Assembly (NCBI GenBank): GCA_043228905.1
Contig: JBHGNT010000006.1
Coordinates: 8,060,001 to 8,124,000, forward strand
Reading direction: 5' to 3'
Origin: Azolla caroliniana
Lineage: Eukaryota; Plantae; Polypodiophyta
DNA length: 64,000 nucleotides
The position numbers were made by a program, and so were the translations under genes. Below, in pieces: positions 24,477 through 40,099 of the stretch. The notes beneath the pieces are model-generated. The model was not told the DNA's origin. It saw only the letters and a program-made list of their open reading frames with translations, and did no database searches. Each line of letters opens with the position of its first letter. Positions within the stretch are counted from its first letter, which is position 1.

Positions 24477-26199
24477 TAACTCTTTAGTATATGCACTATG
24501 ACATTTCGGGTATAAATGTGTATAAGGCACATACCAAGGTGGAAAACATGTGTTGCTTGTTCAGTAGAAAGGCCTATTGTATGCATAATGGTTGATGATA
24601 CATTGTGACGAGTGTTACGTATCTCTTATCTAATCAAATGACCGTATTAAAGTAAAAAATGATGAATAGATTGGATAGAGGAACTTGATCTTCCCGGCCA
24701 AAGTTGAGCACCCAACCTACCACTCATGTCCCATACTGGTGGATATTAGGATGAACAATACCTTGGAAAAGGTAACACAATCGTCACTGTGAAAGCCTTG
24801 TCTACACAACTAGTGTATGAAGACATCAACCTTTCAATGTAATGCACGTTATAAAAGGTTATAAAAGTAGCGAGGCCTCATATTTATACATCTTCCCAAA
24901 CCCCTTGAATAGATGCATTTGTTTAAAAAGATTCTCCATCCATTGGTTATCAACATGATGATAGGGTATCCACATATCATTCCCACTATCCGATCACATT
25001 AGTCCCTTTATAGCAATAGTGAACATACCCTTCACTTACGTTTTGTAAATACTAGTAACCTACCCTCACCTATGTTATGTGTGCATGACAACAAATCATA
25101 CTCGAAAATAGTTGGGTGTACCTCAAAGGTACCCAATGCTTTGTTAATGATATACCATGTCACAACGAAATGCTCGTCATAAAGCCTGCCAATAAAAATG
25201 GAAAAATAAGGTTAAGGATGTGTCCAACCACAGAAAATTAGCACATAAGGATACATGACCTATGGGATTAATTCACATCTTCTACAACTATGTATCTCAA
25301 GGATACGAGAATTTAGGCAAATGTATAGTTGCTCTTCTACGGAATGGGATGTAATTACTCAACCATTTCTCCAAATAAAAAACACATGCGTGTGCTAAAG
25401 TTTGGAGAAACATAAAGGGGAAAGTGTTAAGATTTATGGTGACTTAACACTTATGGAATTGTTTATGCATTATAAGAATGTATATGAGCAATCAAATGTT
25501 GGACAAGTAATGTGTTATGGTTCTCTTTCACATATATGTTCTCTCTTCGAGATTGACGATGTACAACCTCTTGAAAGGAATGCGATCTACAATTTTGAAG
25601 TCCGAAATGCTCAATTGGACAGGAAAGAAACCACATGTATGGATAAGTGTTATGCCATGCAATTTTAGAGGGGGGGAATGAGGGTGCATGGCACATAAAC
25701 CTATCTTGATCGACCAACTTATCGAGAAAGACTTATTTTCTTGGTTCAACAAGTAGATGATGAAATTGTTAATCAAGTAATTGACATCATGACGTACATG
25801 AATGGGGAGAACTAAGCCAATGTTTTTTTATGTGTCTTCTCCCAATAGAGTAGTCTTAGTCAAAGTATCAGTTTATGATGCTACGCAATTTGTAGTACCA
25901 AACATGCATACAATTTGTATGAGACTAGTAGCTTTGATAGGCCATTTTGGTTGCGAGGAAAATTATCATATGTATAACATTACCACATCCTTGGTGCCAC
26001 TGATTTTTATGATTAAAAAAATTCAAAGTGTGCCTTCACTTGGCTAGGTAACAATAGCATGCATCTGATACTAGGTAAATTTTGTTTTGGACATAGATCT
26101 GAGAGTGAAGATGAAAATCATTGAAATAGTATCAAGAATAAAAGAAACCTCCCTCTTTTTTGATAGATTTTATGGGGATCAATGCAGATATCAACATTA

Positions 26200-26760
26200 A
26201 AAATTGAATAATTTGTTGATTCTTTGTGCTTTTAGAATATGAGACTCCTTCATCAATAAGAGAAAGACATTGATTCAATGACATGACATGTGTCACAATT
26301 GGAGTAAAGATTGGATCAAACCTCTACATAAAGGTGGAGATGTAAAAAACGTAAACAATTGTTACATAGTCATGGTTGGCTCACTTATGGCAAAACAATT
26401 TGGATGTATAATGAAATCAAAGGTAAATGCATGGACAAGTGAGCTTTTGAAATCATCATAACACCATTGATTACCTTGTCAAAGTATCATATAAGAAAGT
26501 TGTATTGGGGTAAGGGCTTATATTGTTGTTTCATAAGCTTTAGGAAAGCTTTTGATATGCTACCTTGTGAGCATCTTTTGAGAGGCATGGAAGAGCTCTA
26601 GGTACTAAATTAATATATGGTTGCAATTTCTCTGATCTATGAAATTGTAGATTTTCTTAATAACACTATTGGTGTTAATCAATGTTGCCCACTTTCAACT
26701 ACTATATTTGGGCTATGTATTGATGAAATAGAACAAATGGTTGCCAAGTTGGTAAAAGAG
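26200..26760 (+). mobile_element. Decayed LINE reverse transcriptase (RTE-like), 5' part
   Basis: Degenerate RT motifs GDVKNVNNCYIVMVGSLMAK, CCFISFRKAFDMLPCEHL (cf. FVDFxKAFD) and IGVNQCCPLSTTIFGLCIDE (cf. GVxQGCPLSPxLF). Confidence 0.75.
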
Positions 26761-28344
26761 ACAAGGTGGAAGCTTGCCAAGCAACCCCTTTTGGGGTTTT
26801 CTGCCAAAATGAGACCTAAATTTTGGGGAAGTACGCAGAGTCTATGTGTTGTCAGAATTATGAAAGCACGGCAAGAAATCAGAAAGGGATCACATGTAAG
26901 TGGAGAAATGATGCATATGCATGGATGTACATGCCAATTGTGTGGAACCCATTGATTAGAGATGTGGATGGGCTGATGATATGACAAAAAGTAGACTTCA
27001 AATGGGCCGACTTAATCAATGCCCAAGGGAATGCATTAGTGTAGTGGAAGAGGTCTCTGTCCAATGAGGTGGGCACTCAAAAGGCTAGAATATGGAGAAT
27101 AAGCAGGGGCAAATGCATGCTCAAGAGAATTACAGATGCCATTGCATGTTACATGCATACCTTGGAAGAGGAAGGAATAACTACCTCTAAAATTGTGTGG
27201 ATAGGACTTACAGATACTGAGAATTGTTTAATTGGCATTAAGGGAATGAAAGCAGAGTATTTCTAACTGTTAAGCGATGTATTTCTGGAGAACTCAAGGA
27301 CGAACAGATGGAGCAAAGCTGGTTCAATTTGTTGGGCACAACACGAAAATTGGGAGGTAAATTATTCTAGAACAAGAACACGACAAGATTGCAGCACATA
27401 AAATTTGGATACAGGAGGGCATTAGTGAAAGGAGACTAGGTAAATTCTAGAATATGATATGGCATGAAAATTATGACCGCAAGATAATGATGTGTTTATG
27501 GCTTATTGCGCATAGAGTCTTGCCGGTAGGGACATGGGGTGAAGGCCCCAATGTAGACCCTAGATGTACTCCATGTGGATAGATAGAAAGCATTTCCCAT
27601 TGTCTATGGGAATGTCGCGAGGCAACGGTTGTATGGGGAAGGACATTATGTTTGTTTGCCATGCCTCTAGTTCGTTCACCCTCAACTGGGGACATGCTTG
27701 CTGGAACTGTCTTGAGGATGATGTGGCGAAATATGATAGCACATTCAAAGCTAAGTATAGAGGGGAGAATGGCACTGTTTGGCTCATCACTAACAACATG
27801 GTGGCTACAGTTAGTGCACAGAAGCAAAAACTTGGAGATCTATGGACGTTGCTTGCACCCATTACCATATGGTGCATATGGACAACAAGGTGTACCTGGG
27901 TATTTTCAGCAAACAAACGCCCTCCAACTGAATTGATTAAGCTAATATGGCACACACTAATAACTACACTGAGAGCTCAATATGAGAGGATTGATGGTAC
28001 TGATGATGCTTCAGAATTAATGAGGCTAAGTTTCAAAAAATGGTTGTGTACTACACTGATGGCCACAACAAATGGAATGGATATACGATGACAATATGTA
28101 GTACCTAGATGGTTGTTCCCCCCTCCCATTAGTTGAGTGTGGGGCGTGAAAGAGATGTCGTGTGGTATATTGAATACAAGTGATGTGTATGAAAGGATGG
28201 CTAGAGACGCATGTGAGTGTAAGATAAATAAGTGAGATCTCTTATGAAGGATAGGATAGTCTAGGCAAGGCCTACTCGAGAAAGGGATCGAGTTTGTGTA
28301 TATTTTAACTAATGGAGTATATTTTTTTTGGAAAAAAAGAAGAA
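26761..28344 (+). mobile_element. L1-like LINE 3' fragment inserted into the RTE-like RT
   Basis: zf-RVT-like CLWLIAHRVLPVGTWG...DPRCTPC and downstream LWTLLAPITIWCIWTTRC...VF. Ends in an A-rich tail at ~28331-28344. Confidence 0.7.
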
Positions 28345-28690
28345 ATTATAATTGGGAATGTAGTCATGATGCTTTTCTTGTATGCAAATACATGGTGTTT
28401 TTTGCAAATACTTTAACATATGCACAAAAGTTTATGAGGCATTGAAAGAATTTTGCAAATATACTAAGTTGAGTGTCAATCACTCTAAAATGAAAATTAC
28501 ACTCGTGAATAATGAAAATAAGGATAAGTTACCATCCATTATGTACAATAATGAGCCACTTGAAACTATGAAAAGCTTAAAATACCTTGGCCTTGAAGTT
28601 CCCTTAAATCATAAATGCAATGACTGTGCGCCCACCACTTTAAGGTAACAAAGAGGGCATATTATGCATTTGAGAACACTACAAAACCAT
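28345..28690 (+). mobile_element. Decayed LINE RT (RTE-like), 3' part resuming after the insertion
   Basis: IIGNVVMMLFLYAN (degenerate LLYADD), LSVNHSKMK and LKYLGL continue the motif order of the RT at 26200-26760. Confidence 0.7.
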
Positions 28691-29239
28691 GTTCTTTGCC
28701 AAACAAGGAAACTACACATATCAATACATGTTAGAGCTTATCTCATTGTCTGTAATCTAAACCATTAGTTCCATATGACTTAATTCATGCTCACTTCGAT
28801 GTGAGATGGAATGGGACACATGTGATCCAAACATGTTCGAGAGTTTGAGTGTCATATTCGCTTATGCTTTCCACACATCTTTGATCAAACCTATTCCTTG
28901 CACATAGTTTTTATCAAACCTACTCCTTGCACACAATTCTCTCACAATCACGGTGTGCACTCTCAATTGGGACATTCATCAGTAAAGTTCTTGAACACTG
29001 AGAATCACTACTCATCTTCACAAATATTATGTGAAAAATGTTATATTTTTTTGTCTCATAGGTCATATTTAACCTTTAAGTACAACACTAAAACCTATCT
29101 TTCCCTCCCTCTCCCTCTATGTGAAAAATAATGTATTAATTGTGGAAATAGAGAGGGTAAGCATTCTTTAAGAGGTGCCAAATCTTTGCAAAAAGAGGTG
29201 CACGATTGTTGACACGAGAGGGTAAGCATTCTTTAAGTT

Positions 29240-29920
29240 TAAAGTTCAACGAGATGTCTACATTAGGTATAGTTACATGCAAGACGCCACATTATAGGCT
29301 CATAGTGGATTGAGGGTTTTTCATATGGCAAGGATGAGGTTTCATATTACTACATGTTCTTAAAGTGTTCGGAATAAGTTACAATAATGTGGATTTTACA
29401 GAATGTCCAATTCAAAGCTTGATAGAGTCTTGATTTAAAGACAATTGGGCATTTGAAGGAGGTAAGAGGTTGGTTTATAAAATGGCCAATGATGTCTATC
29501 ATATATGGGATTTTCAAAGGGTTGATTAATGATGGCAGTCTTACCTTCCTTTTAAAGCGGAGGTATTTATATGGTGGGCTACCTATTGGAGATGCTTTGA
29601 GAAGAAGAAACATTGCTCTATGGCAATGTCAAGTGGCCTTTAAGAAACAATGGCGAGGGCTTCTCTTATTTTCAGATACAACTTCTGGTTTGAGGTGAAA
29701 TTATGCCATACATTCTTTTTTTATTGCATAGCTCGTAGTTTTTGCTCCACTTGTTTCTTATATGATATCATTTGTTTGATCAGATGTTGGTATTAGCCTT
29801 TGTATCACAATAGAAGTGAGATGAAATGTCTCCTTGTGTTTTCTCTATGTACATTTCTCTAGTAATATACTAATAGTCTAATAGTAAGGTGTATCTTTCT
29901 TTAAAAAAAAAGAAAAAGAA
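29240..29920 (+). mobile_element. Decayed L1-like LINE 3' fragment with A-rich tail
   Basis: RYLYGGLPIGDALRRRNI resembles GLPLGSALKRRG of the 7.7 kb element. A-rich tail at ~29903-29921. Confidence 0.55.
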
Positions 29921-30715
29921 ACATTGTTCAAGGGATGTATTTCTTTTGCATAATTGTGGTAGAACATAGTTGGCATCTATTTTTGTTGTGTCTAGGGGCA
30001 CCATATACTTGGAAGTTTATAAATGCAATGTGCTTTTCTTTGACTGGTATTTCCAAATGACATTTTCAATGGGTCTTTGCATAAGTGGGTTCAAGTGTAT
30101 TACCATCCCAAGTTTACTTTGTCTTTGATTATTTGAGGTTTTGGGGGTTATAGCATAATTGGTGTATGAGGAATGAGTTTGTGTTTGGTGTAGTATTTTG
30201 AAACTACAAGTACATTCCAAGGTTGGAACAATGGTTGCATTGGCAATTTTATTTGTTGGAAAAGGCAAGTATGTTGGATGAAGAGGAATTATAATTGTAT
30301 AACTTGGTTGGCCGCCATATCCGTGATTTGTGATGGCCTCTTGGCCATATAGTTCATCAGGTGTTATAATCTTGATGGGGTCATAATTTTGAGTGCTCTA
30401 ATAGTGTGGTAGTTTGTGTGTGTGTGTGAAACCATTCATGAATTGTTCACAGTTCGGAAAGAGTTGATCCGGCCAATTTGAAGAGAAGTTCCCATTTCTA
30501 CATACATTCATACATAAACACATACATACATACATATATGCATATATATGTATAATGTAAGTATCTGTACACGTATGTGTGTATATATATGTATACATGT
30601 ATGATGTACTATGTGTGTGTATATATACATAATACATGTATGTGTGCATGCATGCATATTCATGCACTGATGTGAATCCATGGCTTAAAATGCCCTCTTT
30701 ATCAAGAACCTTCTC

Positions 30716-33700
30716 ATGGGACTCAAAGTTCTTCAGGATATGGTAAAAACTTGAGCAATCCTCTGTTTTCATTTGGCTGAAATTGTGACATCCTCTGTTC
30801 TATTGATCAAGTGTTGATTTTTTTGAAAACCCAATCGTCCTTACTGTTCTTTTGCTTTTATAACAGATCCCAATTCCTAGTTCTCCATACTCGAGAGAGC
30901 ACCCACCTCTCCTCAAAGCTAAGCTTCAAGACCCTTACTCTCCTGATTCTACAAGTAAGTTTCTAAACGATGATCTTTCCAATCTGCAATTCTATGATGA
31001 GATTAAGCTTTTAAGTCTGATAAAGTTGTGCCGAAAAGAAAAGAATCTGCGGAAGGCACAAAGTATACATGCTGATTGCATTAGCAAAGATTTGATTGCA
31101 AGAAATGTGTATATTCCCACTGCTTTGATTACAACGTATGCCAAATGTGGCTCATTAGAGGAAGCACAACAAGTGTTTGAGAAGCTTCCAATTCGCGATG
31201 TTGTCTCCTGGAATGCCATGATTTCTGGATTCACACAAAATGGACTTGGTACGGAAGCATTGAGATGCTTTAAACAAATGAAAGACACTAGAATATGTCC
31301 AGATGTGTTCACTTACAGTTGCATCTTGAAAGCTTGTGGTATTGTAGGGTCTTTAGAGATTGGGGAAGATATATATTCCGAGGTGAGAGAACAAAGGTTA
31401 TGTCAGAAAGATGTTATACTTGGCACTTCATTGGTGGACATGTATTTGAAATGCGGGGCATTGGATAAAGCTCGAGAAGTGTTCGAAAGCCTTCCGGTGC
31501 GAGATATTGTGGCTTGGAATTCCATGATTGCTGGATATTCCCAAAACAACCATAGTGATGAAGCATTGAAATGCTTTAGAAAAATGAAAGATGTCGGATT
31601 ATGTCCGAATTCTGTTACTTATATTTGTGCTTTGAAAGCTTGTGGAATGACAAGGTCTTTAGCGACTGGGGAAGATATTGTTGCTGAAGCGAGAAAGCAA
31701 GGGTTATTGGAGAAAAATGTTATGCTTTCTAGTGCGTTGGTAGACATGTATTGCAAGTGTGGTGCATTGGGAAAAGCACGAGAACTCTTCGACCAACTTC
31801 CTATGCAAGATGTAGTGTCTTGGAATGCCTTGATTTCTGGACATGTTCAGCATGGCCTCGGTGATGAAGCATTGAAATTGTTTAGGCAAATGAAAGATGC
31901 AGGAATTTGTCCAAATTCAGTAACTTTTATCTGCATTTTGAAGGCTTGTGGTATTGTGGGTTCTCTTGAGGTTGGGGAAAATATCAATTCTGAGGTTAGA
32001 AAGCGAGAGTTATTTGGGAAGGATATCATACTTAACAATGCAATGGTGGACATGTATTCCAAGTGTGGTGCATTAGAGAAAGCACAGCAAGTCTTTGAGG
32101 AGCTTTCAGTGCGTGATGTTGTGTCTTGGAATGTCTTGATTGCTGGATATGCTCAAAATGGATGCGGTGATGAAGCAATAAGATGCTTCAAAAAAATGAA
32201 AGATATGGGATTCTGTCCTGATGCAATAACTTATGTCTCCGTTTTGAAAGCTTGTGGCATTGTGGGGTCTGTAGAGATTGGAGAAGATATCGATGCTGAG
32301 GTCAGAAAGGAAGGATTATTGTACAAAGATGTATTGCTTGGCACTGCAATTGTGGATATGTACTCCAAGTGTGGTGCACTTGACAAAGCACGAGAAGTGT
32401 TTGAGAAGCTTCCAGTGCGTGATATTGTGACTTGGAATGCCTTGATTGCTGGGTATGCCCAAAATGGGTTTGGTGATAAAGTGTTGGAATGCTTTAAGCA
32501 AATGAAACATGCTGGAGTGTGTGCAAATTCGGTTACTTATATTTGCATTCTGAAAGCTTGTGGCATCGTGGGGTCACTCAAGATTGGGGAAGATATTTAT
32601 GCTGAGGTCAAGATGCAAGGGTTATTGGAGAAAGATATCATGATTGGGAATGCATTTGTGGATATGTATTCCAAGTGTGGTATGTTAGAGAAGGCACAAA
32701 AAGTGTTTGAAGAGCTCTTAGTACGGGATGTAGTGTCTTGGAATGCTCTGATTTCTGGATATGCCCAGAATGGACTTGGTGATGAAGCATTGAAATGTTT
32801 TAAACGAATGAAGGATGCAAGGGTGTGTCCAAATTCAATAACTTATGTTTCCATTTTGAAGGCTTGTGGCATTGTGGGATCACTAGATATTGGGGAAGAA
32901 ATAGAGACTGAGATCAGAAAGCAAGGGTTATTGGCAAAAGACCTCATTCTTACCAATGGTTTGGTGGACATGTATTCCAAATGTGGTATGTTGAAGAAAG
33001 CACAGGAAATTTTTGAGGAGCTTCCACTGCGTGATATTGTGTCTTGGAATGTTATCATTTCTGGATATGTTCAAAATGGACTCGGTGATGAGGCATTGAA
33101 ATGCTTCATAGAAATGAAAGGTGCAGGAGTATGCCCAAATGTGGCAACTTTTGTTTCCATTTTGAAAGCTTGTGGCATTGTGGGGTCTCTGGAGATTGGA
33201 GAAGATATAGATGCCAATGTCAGAAAGCAAGGGTTATTGCACAAAGATATATTTCTTGACACTGCATTTGTGGATATGTATTCGAAGTGTGGGGCACTAA
33301 ATAAAGCAAAGGAAGTGTTTGATGAGCTTCATGTGCGGGATATCGCAACTTGGAATGCTCTTATTGCTGGATATGGCCATTTAGGTCAAGCTAATTTTGC
33401 TTTGGATCTCTATATCAGAATGAAGGATGAAGCAGTTGTGCCGAATTTCATCACATTCATTGTTTTGCTCAATGCATGTAGTCACGCGGGTCTTTTGAAG
33501 GAGGGAGAAAAGCTGTTTGATGAAATGTGTGCTCTTTATTCTCTACCTCTAACACTAGAACACTACACATGTATGATCGATCTATTTGGCCGAGCTGGAT
33601 GCTTTGATAAAGTGAAAGGTTTGCTTTACAAAGTTCCTGATTCTGCCCATCTTCCATTATTCCAGAGTGTATTGGGTTCTTGTAGGAAATGGAAGAATGT

Positions 33701-33842
33701 GAAGTTTGGAAAATGGGCATTTGACCAAATAGTAGAGTTAGATGGAACATGTGCTGCAGCTTATGTCTTGATTGGGAATATATATGCTACAGCTTCAATG
33801 CAAACAGAGGCAGATAGAACTGAGGCTTATTCATATTTATGA
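30716..33842 (+). CDS. PLS-class pentatricopeptide repeat protein with E domains and no DYW (~1000 aa), probable organellar RNA-editing specificity factor
   Basis: Long ORF with seven P1-L1-S1 triplets at a 306-nt period (xxDVVSWNxxIxGYxQNG, ILKACGIVGSL, VDMYSKCG), then P2-L2-S2 (LLNACSHAG, EHYTCMIDLFGRAG), E1 and a partial E2. The frame is open back to acceptor AACAG|ATC at 30867. Proposed exon 1 is 30716-30742 (MGLKVLQDM|GTAAAA); the start is less certain than the body. Confidence 0.92.
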
Positions 33843-33878
33843 TAAGATTTTGCCATTTCAACAGGTTCATACATCTAG

Positions 33879-34640
33879 CTCATCTAGATTGACAAGCTTT
33901 TTGGTTCCATGAGTATATAAGTTTTACTAAACAAAGGCCAAGGTAGGTAAAATCTGTCAAAGAAGACATTGCTATCATGTCGAGAAGATTCAAGAGGTTA
34001 TGTCCATGCATGCTTACACACCATTTATACATGCTGCATGCATGTACATACATGATATACATAATGCTGTCTGTATATACTACCGTGCAATGCATACATA
34101 CCATGTATTGAAACATGCATGCATACTCACCTAGATTGACAAGCTTTTTGGTTCCATGAGAATATAAGTTTTACTAAACAAAGGCCTAGATATGTAAAAT
34201 CCATCAAAGAAGACATTGCTATCATGTCGAGAAGATTCAAGAGGTTGTGTCCATGCATGCCTACACACCATTTATACATGCTGCATGCATGCACATATAT
34301 GATATACTTATGCGTACTGCTGTATATATGTACTGTGCAATGCATACATACCATGTATGGAAACGTGCATGCATACCATGTATACTGCGTTCCCAGACAT
34401 GTATGTGCACATGTACTGATAATGGATACATGTATGTACATAGACATGTATACCATGCATAGGCATGCATACCATGTATACTGCATTTCAAGGCATGCAT
34501 GTGCACAAGTACTGATAATGTATATATATGTGCATGCATGGGACATATGTACCGTGCATAGGTATACATATATAGATGTGTACATATACATGCATGCATG
34601 GATGTCTGTCTACATACACCATATATGCATACAAGTTTAT
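33879..34640. repeat. 247-bp tandem duplication grading into a CATG/TA-rich alternating purine-pyrimidine tract, immediately 3' of the PPR stop
   Basis: ctca(t/c)ctagattgacaagctttttggttccatgag at 33879 and 34126. The tail is rich in tgcatgcataccatgtata units. Confidence 0.88.
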
Positions 34641-36874
34641 GTGTTACTACTACCACCACAGTGCGAATACAACTAATATAATAGGATACTTACGAGAAAC
34701 AAAATTAAGAGGTGATGATTTAGGTTACATGTAACTCAGTCAGGTTTTATAGTGTTAAAAACATGTGGAAACCATCAAATATTTACTAAATAGGTGTATA
34801 TATGGACAAAACAAATGATGAAAGAATTATTTCTAACGTGTTTTGTAGGTTAGTTTTGTAGGTTAGTAGGTGTTCTAGTTTGATTAGCAAGAACAAAGTA
34901 TGGAGATGTATGCAACAACATTGAAATGTGCAGATAGGATAAAGACAACACAAATTTCAAGTGTTATTTGTAATGTAGAGTATCAACATGACCAATTGCA
35001 AATCAAATGTGTCGTCGATGGCATTAATAGCAAGACAAGTAGTGTTCGAATGTGGCAACATATAAATGACCACAAATTTCATCAAAGGTGCAAATCTCCA
35101 TCAAATCAAATACCCTTAAGCAAGGGCTTCTTAGTTTCCATTGATCTCCCCATATTGAACATATCATGGGAGAGAGCAACCCAATAGATCATCTATAAGC
35201 TTAGTGAGCCTATCTTAGCTACTCTAAAATACTCCATTAATGTAATATATATATTGAAAACAAGAGACTAGAAAAAAATGATCCAAGTGTTACATTTTGC
35301 CATGCATATTCCATGCTATGCTTGCACAACAAACCAACTCCTTGATGACAAACATAAGACACCAATGAAAGACTAACTCTTGGATAATGAACATAAGGGC
35401 CATTTTATTATAGAATTGAGAACACTCAATAATAGTTGATATGCATGAACTTTTGCAACAATATTAACAAGACATTCATGCATAGGCTAAGGGGATGAAT
35501 ATTACCGTTTTCTCAAAAGAAATTTGACCATTTTTATGAAATTGTTCAATAATTTTTCTAGACATAACTATGAGAATCTTGCAAGTGGTATTCTTAGAAC
35601 ACTTTGGACCCTCTTTGTCGCCCATAATGGACCTATATGCATGGGTAATTCCCTACCATGAATATATACATTTATAGATGATGCATTATCTACCACGTTT
35701 ATATATATGTATGGATTCTCCCCATTTTGCATAAGATGTGTATGTACAAACATGTATGATTTCCTAAGTTGTGCAAATGTATGGATCGTAACCTAACATG
35801 TGTATATGTACATCCACAAATGATTCCAAATTCCAATTAATGGAATGGATGGCCACACATGTGTATATATATACATGCAATGATGGTTCCATAACATCTG
35901 TTTGTATATTTCTTGCATCAATTCCATAACATTCATGTATATATCCATAGATAATTCCAGGACAATTGATATCAATGACCTAGTATGGATACCACATGCA
36001 TAAATTACTCAATAGCATGTTTTAGAGAGCCAACATGAACTTCCATTAACCATCATGAACACTACTCCTTGCACCACGTGCCAATGGCATGAGGGAAACA
36101 ATATTGATGCAAAATTTCCGCAACATCAAATTCATTTAGCATACAATTCCCAATAATCTAATTGTCTAGCGGGTAAAAATTGCTGCATGTCATGAAGATA
36201 GAGCAAAGGTTTGCTCTTGTATAGGAGTAGTTGTCCTAAGAATTATTTCATTCCATACCACTCAAATAATGTTTACTCTGCATGAGAAATCGTCCTTCCA
36301 TAGCAGTCACTTGCATTCGTGCCAAAAGGAATATATAACCATATTAAAGCCAAAAGTCAAATTACTGGAAAATTGAAATTAATATTCTAGTGGTTAATTC
36401 ATTCACTTTATTTATAGTAGACATCAAATTTAAGTTCTTTTCATCCAGTTACTACTATTCAGATTTATAATCACTTCTGCACGTCTTCAATAATTTGTAA
36501 GTTGAGCTTTAACACTTCATTGCCCACAATCACTTGTTAACACATAATCCTTATATATCCTTACATCTTGAAACTGATTCATGCATTAACTAAAGGTAGA
36601 AGCATGACAGTACTGATGATTCAAGAAACAATTTCACAGCAAATTACGTGCAATATCCATTAAGTAGACAAGTTTTAACACTCAATTTTTTATGCGGTCA
36701 CTACACATTTGCAGGGGCATTTGATTCTAAAAGGCAATGAACTCAGGTCAAAAAAAGACAGTTCAAATTAAAAATGAGCTCTCACTGAAAGCACTAATGC
36801 TAGGACATGAAGAGCTACAAATCTACCAAAAAACAAATTACTCTTGAGAAAATGTATCCAACACAGCCTCAAAA

Positions 36875-39494
<2,620 letters not shown>

Positions 39495-39534
39495 AGCTTC
39501 CTTTCTGTGCGGAGGAGAAATGGGAAGGATGGGA

Positions 39535-39630
39535 TCGAAGAAGAAGAAGAAGAAGAAGAAGAAAAGAGCTGCAGTACTCTCAAATTATTTCTAGGGTTTG
39601 GCAAAACTGTCCATGGCAGTATATATATGA
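39535..39630 (-). promoter_or_regulatory. RPS12 core promoter/leader: TATA box, telo-box and pyrimidine-rich (CTT)n leader
   Basis: TATATATA at ~39620-39628, AAACCCTA at 39599-39592 and a (CTT)n tract at ~39537-39566. Telo-boxes are established in plant ribosomal-protein promoters. Confidence 0.7.
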
Positions 39631-39950
39631 AGTGCTCTTAGGTTTTCTAAATTACAAAGCCTACCCTTCCCTTCTCTGTCCCCACACAATTCCGTTCTCT
39701 TTCTTGCTTGTAGAACCAAAACCACACCTTCCTTGTCCAAAACTCTCGGGGTAGTAATCCGTCTTCAGATGCTCTTTCTTCTGTTGAATAGAGGCAGAAT
39801 CACCAGACTACCCCCCCCCCCCCCCCCCAAGTTCTCGTGTAATAATTCCAATTTCCCAGAACATGTGTACTTTGAAGAATATCGCTTTGGTGAGTCACCT
39901 GCTCTGGCTCGTTGGTTTACATCATTGTATTTTAAAGTCGAACAATACTA

Positions 39951-40099
39951 CTTTGGTGAGTCACTTGCTCTGGCTCGTTGGTTTACACCATTGTATTAAA
40001 AGTCGTCGATTTTGAGAGAACCCGGGTTCAAACCTCGGCATGGGGCTAGGCCTCATCTTATTGATTGCAATCGGCCTGGCCTCCCTTGGACATTAAAAA
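39951..40099 (+). mobile_element. tRNA-derived SINE-like element with a duplicated 5' head
   Basis: A box TGGCTCGTTGG (39971-39981), B box GGTTCAAACC (40025-40034) and a short A tail at 40095-40099. The first 66 bp are duplicated at 39885-39950. Confidence 0.6.

Noticed and set aside
25400-25700. PPT-like TTTTAGAGGGGGGGAATG suggesting a gypsy 3' end
   Set aside because: No matching LTR or recognisable pol motif could be delimited.
34127-34676. Several 130-150 aa ORFs on both strands
   Set aside because: Artefacts of stop-poor CATG/TA low-complexity repeats.
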